Below, one piece after another: positions 1 to 7,161 of a stretch of DNA of 20,000 bases; the stretch's first letter is position 1, and each line of letters opens with the position of its first letter. A program made the position numbers and the translations under genes. The notes under the pieces are model-generated. The model made no database searches. It was not told the origin of the DNA and saw only the letters and a program-made list of their open reading frames with translations. The DNA is from an uncultured virus (IMG/VR IMGVR_UViG_3300013112_000606). Its lineage: Duplodnaviria > Heunggongvirae > Uroviricota > Caudoviricetes. The stretch is taken from IMG/VR virus record IMGVR_UViG_3300013112_000606; one strand, written 5' to 3'.

Positions 1-1297
1 CGTCAAGGCTGACGCCACGGTGCGCACGGCCGTGCCCGTCGAGGAGGCCATCCGGCCGGACTGGGTGGGTGAGGTCTACGGGAACGACCAGATTGGCGAG
101 GAGGTCTACCAGAACTTCTTCGGCACCGGGTCCGTTGTCGACGAGCAGATCTTCCTCGTGAACCGGATCGCCACGGAGGCTGCCCTGGCCGAGGAGGTGG
201 CGGCCGAGACCGAGCCCACCGCCGACGTCGATGAGGACGCCGGGTACGTCCCCAGAGGCGGGCTCTTCGCCTCGCAGAATGAGGCGGACGCGGGCGGCAC
301 CGAGGTCCAGACGACGTACACGGGGGACCAGTACGCCGAGAACTACGAGGAGTTCGGTGCGGTCAGCAACACGCGCCCAGACGGCGGTCCCATCACGGAC
401 GTGGCCGCGGTGCAGCGCGACGCCGACGGCATCCTCTCCAACGTCGTGGCCGTGGAGCTGGACTCGGACGTTCCACGCGTGACCTCCGTGGCCTCCGCAG
501 TGGACTCCCTGGCCGTCATCTACGGCGCTGCCATCCGGAACAACCTGGATGTGCACAGGTTCGTGTGGGAGTACGGCTACAGGCCCGTGGCCACCCTCGT
601 CGACATCTTCGGCGACCCGGCCTACCAGCTGGACGAGACCGGCCGGGCGCTGAGCCAGAAGGAGATCGACGACGAAGCCATCGCCGGGCTCTCCCCTGCA
701 CGCACCGCCGCCGAGGTGCTGACGGACTGGTCGCAACACGGGAAGGGGTACGTGTCTCCCGCCCTGGAGGACGCCGACAAGCTGATGCTGCAGGAGCGCT
801 GGGCGCGCATCCGAGCAGGCTCGGTGGGTGCGTTCGAGACCCTGGGCGACCTCGATGTGGTCCCCCCGCTGGATGCTGGAGGGGAGATGACCTCGACGGC
901 GTCCGTGGCACCGGCCACCTCGGTGGACGACGCCCCTGCGGTTGACGACGGCCTCGGGCCAGCCCCGGAGACCGTCGACGCCTGGGAGGAAGAGGCCGAG
1001 GAGGTGGCTGAGCTGGAGGCGGAGATCGCCGGAGCTCAGGCGGACGCCCCGGACGAGAACGAGGAGTACCCGCAGGAGGGGTTCCATGGGCGGGCACTGG
1101 CCGACCTCTCTGGGCTGGTCGGGCTCATCACGGACGAGACGGGCGCGCCCATCGACATCGCCAGCAAGTCGTACCACCGGCGGGACGGCCTGGGGGAGAA
1201 GGAGCCCATCACTCCGGCCGTGGATCACCGCAAGGAGCGAAAGGAGCGTGTCTTGGAGTACTTGGCCGGGTTGAAGCTCCGAGGCATCCGTGGCTAA
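1..1297 (+). CDS. C-terminal part of a large acidic hypothetical protein, probably virion-associated; 5' end lies outside the window
   Basis: Frame 2 is open from the window edge (gtc aag gct gac gcc acg gtg...) to TAA at 1295-1297, with strong GC3 bias. Ordered-looking blocks (WVGEVYGNDQIGEEVYQNFFGTGS, YGYRPVATLVDIFG, EGFHGRA, DHRKERKERVLEY) alternate with D/E/A-rich linkers. Confidence 0.8.
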   Translation, partial: VKADATVRTAVPVEEAIRPDWVGEVYGNDQIGEEVYQNFFGTGSVVDEQIFLVNRIATEAALAEEVAAETEPTADVDEDAGYVPRGGLFASQNEADAGGTEVQTTYTGDQYAENYEEFGAVSNTRPDGGPITDVAAVQRDADGILSNVVAVELDSDVPRVTSVASAVDSLAVIYGAAIRNNLDVHRFVWEYGYRPVATLVDIFGDPAYQLDETGRALSQKEIDDEAIAGLSPARTAAEVLTDWSQHGKGYVSPALEDADKLMLQERWARIRAGSVGAFETLGDLDVVPPLDAGGEMTSTASVAPATSVDDAPAVDDGLGPAPETVDAWEEEAEEVAELEAEIAGAQADAPDENEEYPQEGFHGRALADLSGLVGLITDETGAPIDIASKSYHRRDGLGEKEPITPAVDHRKERKERVLEYLAGLKLRGIRG

Positions 1298-1300
1298 TTC

Positions 1301-1316
1301 TAGCCCTTACGGGCTA
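1301..1316. other. Small perfect inverted repeat TAGCCC-ttac-GGGCTA; possible hairpin or operator
   Basis: 6-bp stem and 4-nt loop directly after the ORF1 stop codon. There is no U-tract, so it is not a clear intrinsic terminator. Confidence 0.5.
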
Positions 1317-1322
1317 CGAGAC

Positions 1323-1344
1323 GGTATAACAGAGCACGAGGTGA
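1323..1344 (+). promoter_or_regulatory. Candidate -10 element (GGTATAAC) and Shine-Dalgarno (GAGGTGA) for the gene run starting at 1349
   Basis: TATAAC at 1325-1330 lies in one of only two sizeable intergenic gaps of a very GC-rich window. GAGGTGA at 1338-1344 is 4 nt before ATG 1349. Confidence 0.5.
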
Positions 1345-1348
1345 GACC

Positions 1349-1672
1349 ATGAGCAGCACACACTCCGAGACCGTTCGGGCCGCCTTCTGGGACGAGCTCG
1401 AGAAGATCTCGGCGAAGCGGGAGAACCGCTCCGTGAAGACGGCCCCGCGCAAGTTCAACACCACGCGCAAGGGCAGCATCGGCATCCGGCCGCACAACCT
1501 CCTCAAGGAGGCCTCCGGTGCGGCGCTGGCGAACTTCCTCAAGGGCGTCACCGTCCCGGGCCTCGCCGTCGGCACCCTGGCCGGGATCCCCCTGACCCTG
1601 GGTGGCCTCAAGGGCTTCCAGGACTGGCAGATGGGGCGACGCATCCGCCGGATGCAGAGGCAGCAGCAGTAG
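1349..1672 (+). CDS. Small basic protein (107 aa) with N-terminal FWDELEKIS motif and one Gly-rich hydrophobic segment
   Basis: Good SD and GC3 bias. Hydrophobic stretch GVTVPGLAVGTLAGIPLTLGGL followed by an Arg-rich tail. Confidence 0.8.
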   Translation: MSSTHSETVRAAFWDELEKISAKRENRSVKTAPRKFNTTRKGSIGIRPHNLLKEASGAALANFLKGVTVPGLAVGTLAGIPLTLGGLKGFQDWQMGRRIRRMQRQQQ

Positions 1673-2284
1673 ATGAGCAGGGACTCCGCCCTCCTCCAGC
1701 TGTACAAGCTGGCGGCTCCCACCGCCGCGGAGATGGCCGTGCTCCCTGCCCTCGAGGCGACCGAGGAGAAGCTGCTCGACCCGAAGGACCCCCTGAAGCC
1801 CATCCCCGTGTCCCACGAGGGGCGGATGAAGACGATGGACACCATCATCAGCACCGCGCCCCTCTTCCAGTACGGCCTCATCACCCTGGGTGCCCTCCAC
1901 CCCTCCGCGACCCCCCAGATGTACACGGTGCTGCGCAACCTGCAGGGGGCGGCGAAGCGGACCAAGGAGGTCACGAAGATCCTGCGGGAGCAGGAGCGGA
2001 AGGCGCGGGCCGCCGAGGGCGTCTACGGTTCCCCGGAGCTGGCGAAGTCGGCCGCCGAGCTGAGCCCCGGGTGGTCGCCCGGGCGGCCGCGGAAGCGGTC
2101 GGTGCCGGCACCCAAGGGGGACGGTGGGTCCCTCATCACCCAGATGCTCCGGGACGAGCAGAGTGTGGCGGCGGGGGTGCCCAGCCGGTCGTACACCTCC
2201 ATCGAGGCCCAGTCCGCCATCCCGGGCATGGGCAACAAGGGCAAGCCCCCCGAGAAGATGACCTCGGGCATGAGACTGACGTAG
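1673..2284 (+). CDS. Hypothetical basic protein (203 aa), N-terminal LLQLYKLAA
   Basis: ATG abuts the upstream TAG (TAGATG). GC3 bias. One moderately hydrophobic segment (IISTAPLFQYGLITLGAL). Confidence 0.75.
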   Translation: MSRDSALLQLYKLAAPTAAEMAVLPALEATEEKLLDPKDPLKPIPVSHEGRMKTMDTIISTAPLFQYGLITLGALHPSATPQMYTVLRNLQGAAKRTKEVTKILREQERKARAAEGVYGSPELAKSAAELSPGWSPGRPRKRSVPAPKGDGGSLITQMLRDEQSVAAGVPSRSYTSIEAQSAIPGMGNKGKPPEKMTSGMRLT

Positions 2285-2293
2285 GAGACGACC

Positions 2294-3049
2294 ATGGACG
2301 TACCCAAGAAGGCGGACACGTCGCTGCTGGCGCCCAACGAGGACAAGCCCCTCGCGGCCCTCAAGGCGGACCTGCGGTGGAGCGAGGCCACGGGCAAGGG
2401 CGACGACAGACTGTCGCCGGACGCGCACAAGAACCACAAGGACGCCCACGGTGCCTTCCTGAGCGCGCACTTCAAGAACTCGACGGACCGCTCGGTCCCA
2501 CTGGACCACGACATGCACAAGACCTCGGCGCTGCGCCTGACGGCGCGGGCGCTGATGGCGGCGCAGGCCGACGAGCCCACGGACTCGGCGCTGCGGAAGA
2601 CCGCCCAGCAGCTGGTCAAGGTGGCGCTCCACCCCGGTGCGGCCGCGGGTCTCGGCGCCCTCGCAGGTGCCCCGACCGGGCTCGGCCTGAGCGCGGCCAA
2701 GCAGGGCGGGGAGATGTACACCGGCGAGCGGGAGAAGATGGACCCCTACCTGCTGGCCAGAGCCGCCGTCCTCGGCGCGCTGCTCGGCGGCGGTGGTGGC
2801 CTGGGGCTCAAGTACGCCCCCGAGGTCCTGGCCAAGGGGCGGCAGGCCGTGGAGTCCACCTCGGCGCTGGGCCAGGCGGCCCGAGAGCTGGCCCCCGAGA
2901 TCCAGTCGGCCGCTGGCGCGACCACCAGGGCGGCGGAGCAGGTGTCGGAGGCGCTCCCGGCGGCGGCAGAGGCCATCGGCCACACCGGGCGTGCCGCTGA
3001 CCGCGTCGCCAACGAGAGCCTCCTTCGCATGCTGTTCAAGGGCGGATAG
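2294..3049 (+). CDS. Putative membrane protein (251 aa) with two glycine-zipper-like helices
   Basis: SD AGGAG at 2283-2287. Segments GAAAGLGALAGAPTGLGLSAA and AAVLGALLGGGGGLGL, then an Ala-rich amphipathic tail. Confidence 0.8.
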   Translation: MDVPKKADTSLLAPNEDKPLAALKADLRWSEATGKGDDRLSPDAHKNHKDAHGAFLSAHFKNSTDRSVPLDHDMHKTSALRLTARALMAAQADEPTDSALRKTAQQLVKVALHPGAAAGLGALAGAPTGLGLSAAKQGGEMYTGEREKMDPYLLARAAVLGALLGGGGGLGLKYAPEVLAKGRQAVESTSALGQAARELAPEIQSAAGATTRAAEQVSEALPAAAEAIGHTGRAADRVANESLLRMLFKGG

Positions 3050-3052
3050 GTA

Positions 3053-3820
3053 GTGGACGCTGTTGCCTCCTTCGACGAACTCCTCAAGCTGTCGGCTGGA
3101 CGGAAGCGCCTGTCTGCGCGCCAGCAGCGTGAGATCAAGCTGTGGGAGGACTGGAAGGCGTCCAACGAGGACCCCCAGAAGTTCGAGCCCCTGCTCACGT
3201 CGTTCCAGCCCCTGCTCCAGAAGCGCATCCGGGTCTTCTCCGGGAGGACCCCACTTCCTCCGGCCGCGGTAGAGGCCGAGTTCAACAAGCGGTTCCTCCA
3301 CGCCGCTCGCACCTACGACCCCAACCGAGGGGCCAAGCTCAGCACGCACGTCCAGAACCAGCTCAAGTCGGCGCAGCGCTTCATCACGCGCTACCAGAAC
3401 GTGGGGCGCATCCCTGAGCCCCGCGCGTACAACATCGGGAAGTTCACGACAGCACGAGGGGAGCTCGAGCAGAAGTTCGGGCGCCCGGCATCATCTCTGG
3501 AGCTTGCCGACCGCCTGCAGTGGAACATCGACGAGGTCCACCGCATGGAGGCGGAGCTCTCCCACGGCGACCTCCCGACCTCCGGCTTCCTGGATGACCC
3601 CACCGTGGTCGTCCCGAGCCGGGAGCGGGAGGTCCTCAAGATGCTACAGTTCGAGTTGACCCCCGACGAGAGCGTCGTGTACGAGCACTTGTTGGGTGTG
3701 GGTGGAAGGCCGTCGCTGTCAGCCACGCAGATCGCCAAGAAGATGGGGTGGTCTGACTCCAAGGTCTCGCGCATCCGGGCGAAGATCGCCAAGAAGGCGC
3801 AGAGAACGGGGCTGGCATGA
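3053..3820 (+). CDS. Sigma-70 family RNA polymerase sigma factor, FliA/WhiG/SigF-like and divergent
   Basis: Region 2-like LWEDWK..EDPQKFEPLLTSFQPLL and AARTYDPNRGAKLSTHV. Region 3-like ELEQKFGRPASSLELADRLQWNIDEV. Region 4 HTH LTPDESVV...LSATQIAKKMGWSDSKVSRIRAKI. GTG start. Confidence 0.88.
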   Translation: MDAVASFDELLKLSAGRKRLSARQQREIKLWEDWKASNEDPQKFEPLLTSFQPLLQKRIRVFSGRTPLPPAAVEAEFNKRFLHAARTYDPNRGAKLSTHVQNQLKSAQRFITRYQNVGRIPEPRAYNIGKFTTARGELEQKFGRPASSLELADRLQWNIDEVHRMEAELSHGDLPTSGFLDDPTVVVPSREREVLKMLQFELTPDESVVYEHLLGVGGRPSLSATQIAKKMGWSDSKVSRIRAKIAKKAQRTGLA

Positions 3821-4035
3821 CGATCAGCCAGACCGAAGCGCTCTCCGAGCTCGAGTCCGCCTGGGAGGCGTACTACGATGCCGAGAAGGAGCGCATCGAG
3901 AACGAGGTGGAGTTCCTGAAGGCGGTACACGCCGGACGGACGGGCTCCGCCTCGATGGAGATGGCTGTCGTACAGAGCGCGTCGGCGTTCCTGATTGCTG
4001 ACATCAACAACTTCCTGAGTGACCTGGAGGAATAG
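3817..4035 (+). CDS. Small acidic helical hypothetical protein (72 aa)
   Basis: ATGA overlap with the sigma gene stop; coiled-coil-like ELESAWEAYYDAEKERIENEVEFLK. Confidence 0.7.
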   Translation: MTISQTEALSELESAWEAYYDAEKERIENEVEFLKAVHAGRTGSASMEMAVVQSASAFLIADINNFLSDLEE

Positions 4036-4039
4036 ACCG

Positions 4040-4366
4040 ATGGCGGAAGCCGAGAAGAGCAAGACAATCGTGGCCGTGGTGGACCTGGACGAGACCGACG
4101 CGCTCCGCGTCGAGAACGCCCAGCTGAAGCTGACGATGGTCGCGCGCGACATGGACATGGCTCGCCGCGCCTACGCGGACGAGATGCGCAACCAGGCCGA
4201 GGTGGTGACGGCCCTGAGCGAGAAGTACGACATCGACGCCACCCAGTACGACTTCGACCCCGACACCAAGAAGCTGCGTCTCCGGCAGCGCCCGCACCCG
4301 GGCATGCCGCCGGTGGCCCCGACCCCGATCATCCCACCGGACGCCATCGGCGACCAGGGGGAGTGA
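4040..4366 (+). CDS. Hypothetical coiled-coil protein (108 aa, starting MAEAEKSK) with a Pro-rich C-terminus
   Basis: SD GGAGG at 4026-4030 favours ATG 4040 over the ORF-track start at 4019. Heptad-like helix, then EKYDIDATQYDFDPDT. Confidence 0.75.
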   Translation: MAEAEKSKTIVAVVDLDETDALRVENAQLKLTMVARDMDMARRAYADEMRNQAEVVTALSEKYDIDATQYDFDPDTKKLRLRQRPHPGMPPVAPTPIIPPDAIGDQGE

Positions 4367-4369
4367 CCC

Positions 4370-5386
4370 ATGGCACTCGTCGCCGTACTCGACCAGACCT
4401 TCACCGACCCCGACGACTTCATCGACGGGGCCAGTGGCCTGCACGCCACCCTGCTGGGTGCCGGGTGGACGATGCTGGAGGAGCTCGACGCGGCCTCCGG
4501 CCAGCAGGACCGCGTGTACACGAGCACCGGCGAGTCCGGCGACGAGGCCCTCTTCCTCCGCGCCACCCACGACAGCGCCAACGACCGTGTCAACTTCCGC
4601 GCCTACTCCTGGTGGGATGACGCGCTCAGCGCCGGCTACAACGTCGTCGGCGACGTCGCGGGCAACAGCTGCATCCAGCTGGTCGCGGCCCAACACGACG
4701 CGTGGCTCGTCGCCGACGGTGACGCCATCGCCATCGTCTGCAACCCCGACGCCACCAGCACCTACAACAAGTTCTTCGGGGGCAACCTCGAGCGCCTGCT
4801 GCCCTCCCAGCTGACGGGCAGGACCACGCTGGCTGCGCCGGTCGGCGGCTGGAACGGCCAGGGCGACGCTCAGCTGCTGTGCAACACGGGCACGGACTTC
4901 ACCAAGTTCGCCATCGACCAGTACATCTGGCTCGTCAGCCAGGACGACAGCGCCCCGACCATCGCCGAGCGCGTGCAGATCCTGGGCCTCGACGCCCCCA
5001 CCTACACCATCTTCCTGACCGCGGCGCTCACCTACGACTTCGCCCTCGGGACGCTGGTGGGTACGGACCCGCAGCCGATGGTCCTGTGGGGCGACAGCAA
5101 CGGGCTCCTCAGCACGGCGACCCCGCTGGGGCTGCACGACGGCGCCGACTACGACCCGGTCAACCTCTCTTTCACCTTCCCGTCCTTGGCCGTGACGCCG
5201 GACGGGTACGTCCCCGTGTACCCCATCCGCCTGGACGACGCCGTCACCGACTACCTGGCAGGGCAGTGCCCGTTCTTCCTCGGCACGGCTTCCGGCCTGG
5301 CCGATGAGGACGACCTGGTGGACGGCACGACGCAGTACGTCGTCTTCGACGACGGCGCCTCGGTGGTGGCGCTGAAGCACACGTAG
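4370..5386 (+). CDS. Acidic beta-rich putative virion structural protein (338 aa), possibly tail-associated
   Basis: SD GGGGAG upstream and very high GC3. N-terminal LLGAGWT...VYTSTGESG resembles phage tail/virion proteins (from memory, unverified). Confidence 0.7.
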   Translation: MALVAVLDQTFTDPDDFIDGASGLHATLLGAGWTMLEELDAASGQQDRVYTSTGESGDEALFLRATHDSANDRVNFRAYSWWDDALSAGYNVVGDVAGNSCIQLVAAQHDAWLVADGDAIAIVCNPDATSTYNKFFGGNLERLLPSQLTGRTTLAAPVGGWNGQGDAQLLCNTGTDFTKFAIDQYIWLVSQDDSAPTIAERVQILGLDAPTYTIFLTAALTYDFALGTLVGTDPQPMVLWGDSNGLLSTATPLGLHDGADYDPVNLSFTFPSLAVTPDGYVPVYPIRLDDAVTDYLAGQCPFFLGTASGLADEDDLVDGTTQYVVFDDGASVVALKHT

Positions 5387-5394
5387 GAGGCCCC

Positions 5395-6747
5395 ATGCGC
5401 CCGAACATGCAGACGTTCGGAGACGAGCTCCAGAAGATCGCGGCCGACGACGCCAAGCGCCGCGGCATGGGGTGGCGCGTGCCCCTCGCGGTTGGCGGCG
5501 CGACGGCGGCGGGGGCGATCCCTGCCGGGCTGGCCTACCTGCTGATGCGTCGGTTCAAGCCGGCGGTGGAGCCCGGGATGCGGGCCCTGCAGGAGGCTGC
5601 AGCCGGCAAGGCCCTGACCGTCTCGCACGAGATGTCTCCGGGACGTGCAGCAGAGTTTGGGCGTGGGTGGGGGGACTACCTGAAGAACCTCGGCCGTGCA
5701 GCCCTGCAGCGGGACAAGGAGGGCGTCGGTAGGGCCGTCAAGGGCATGCCCTGGTGGCGGGACATGACTCCGGTGCCCAAGCGTGGGTGGAAGACGCGCA
5801 CTCCAGAAGCTCTGGAAGAGGCAGCCAAGCAGGCGAGGGACAAGGTCGTTGTTCCCCGCTACCCCGGGGCACACGTGGATGCCCCTGGGGCCGTCAACAT
5901 CAACGCTGGACCGCTCCGCCACATCCTGGATGACAAGTGGCTGATGCACCAGTACCTCTCAGGGAAGCCGCTCATGGGGGCGATGGGCAAGACCCCGGAG
6001 GGTACCCTGGCGACTGTGGGAGCGGGTGTCGAGCACCTGCTCCCCAAGACCCGCCTCCTGTCCGAGGCCTTGGAGAGCGTAGGGGGAGACGCAGCCAAGC
6101 TGAAGACGCTCTTCGACGACGCCGGGTACCTCATCAAGCCGCGCACTGGTGCCATGGGGCGCGGGGAGAGCTTCGTCCAGGACATCACGCCGGTGACCGC
6201 ACCGCAGTTCCAGGAGGTCCTCAAGGACCCAGGCAAGTACATCATCCAGAAGAAGCTGCCCGCGGGGTTCAAGGAGTACCGCGTCCACACGTTGGCGGAC
6301 AAGCCTCTGACGGCTACGCACCGCTTCCTCCCCGAGAGCCTCCAGGACCTGTGGCACTCCACCTCTGGGTCCCCGGGAGGTGGTGGGGCCTTCATGCCGG
6401 TCCTCAACCCACTCACGCGTAGGGGGCTGAAGGACACGGCGCGGAAGGCCGCGACGCAGACGCAGGTGGAGGGTGGCCGCCTCAGTGCCGGACTGCCCGA
6501 GACCCACTTCGCCTGGGACATCGCCAAGCTGCCGGACGGGACGTTCAAGATCATCGAGGCCAATCCGTACCCTGGGACCATGCGCAGCCCGTTCGTGATG
6601 AGCAAGCTGGAAGGCGCCCTGGCAGGCAAGACCCCGCGCTTCGTGGCGGCCCCCGCTGCGGCCGGGGTCGGCCTGGCGGGCACCGGCGTCGCCGCAGGCG
6701 CCACGGTGCCGCTCTCCCTCATCGGCTCCAAGAAGAAGGGGGAGTAG
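5395..6747 (+). CDS. ATP-grasp (RimK/glutathione-synthetase-like fold) protein with N- and C-terminal hydrophobic segments
   Basis: ATP-grasp motifs appear in the correct order: DDKW, YLIKPRTGAMGRG, YIIQKKL, EYRVH, FAWDI, KIIEANPYPG. SD AGGAGG at 5385-5390. Hydrophobic ends VPLAVGGATAAGAIPAGLAYLLM and AAAGVGLAGTGVAAGATVPLSLIG. Confidence 0.85.
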   Translation: MRPNMQTFGDELQKIAADDAKRRGMGWRVPLAVGGATAAGAIPAGLAYLLMRRFKPAVEPGMRALQEAAAGKALTVSHEMSPGRAAEFGRGWGDYLKNLGRAALQRDKEGVGRAVKGMPWWRDMTPVPKRGWKTRTPEALEEAAKQARDKVVVPRYPGAHVDAPGAVNINAGPLRHILDDKWLMHQYLSGKPLMGAMGKTPEGTLATVGAGVEHLLPKTRLLSEALESVGGDAAKLKTLFDDAGYLIKPRTGAMGRGESFVQDITPVTAPQFQEVLKDPGKYIIQKKLPAGFKEYRVHTLADKPLTATHRFLPESLQDLWHSTSGSPGGGGAFMPVLNPLTRRGLKDTARKAATQTQVEGGRLSAGLPETHFAWDIAKLPDGTFKIIEANPYPGTMRSPFVMSKLEGALAGKTPRFVAAPAAAGVGLAGTGVAAGATVPLSLIGSKKKGE

Positions 6748-7161
6748 ATGGCCACCTACCCCGCCATCCTGATCCAGCCCCTCGCTGTTGCGGCGAAGTA
6801 CTACCTCCCGCTGCACGAGAGCCACCTCTGCCGGGTGTACTGGAAGCTCGCGACGCTGACAGGCCGGCCCGCCGAGAACGTGGTGGTGGCCTTCTCCTCG
6901 ACCTTCTCCCTCCCCATCGTGGGCCGTGCAGGGCTCTCCGGCGCAGTCGCCGAGGGCCAGACGGACTCCCACGGCGAGGGGGAGCTCAACCTCGTCCGCG
7001 GTGCCACCCTGGAGGTGAGCATCTACGGCACGCGCTACACCAGGACCATCGAGATCCCTGACAGGGCAGAGCAGGACCTGTTCTACCTGCTGGCCGACGC
7101 GCCGGACGCGCTCAGCGTCCAGATCGCCCAGGTGATGTCCGTGCCGAGGGAGTCGCCCTGA
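6748..7161 (+). CDS. Hypothetical structural protein (137 aa) with one prealbumin/carboxypeptidase-regulatory-like beta-sandwich
   Basis: TAGATG junction. Motif GRP...QTDSHGEGELNLVRGA is paralogous to the next gene. Confidence 0.72.
   Translation: MATYPAILIQPLAVAAKYYLPLHESHLCRVYWKLATLTGRPAENVVVAFSSTFSLPIVGRAGLSGAVAEGQTDSHGEGELNLVRGATLEVSIYGTRYTRTIEIPDRAEQDLFYLLADAPDALSVQIAQVMSVPRESP

Noticed and set aside
1301..1316. Rho-independent terminator after ORF1
   Set aside because: The stem is short and has no downstream U-tract. It is kept only as an unexplained palindrome.
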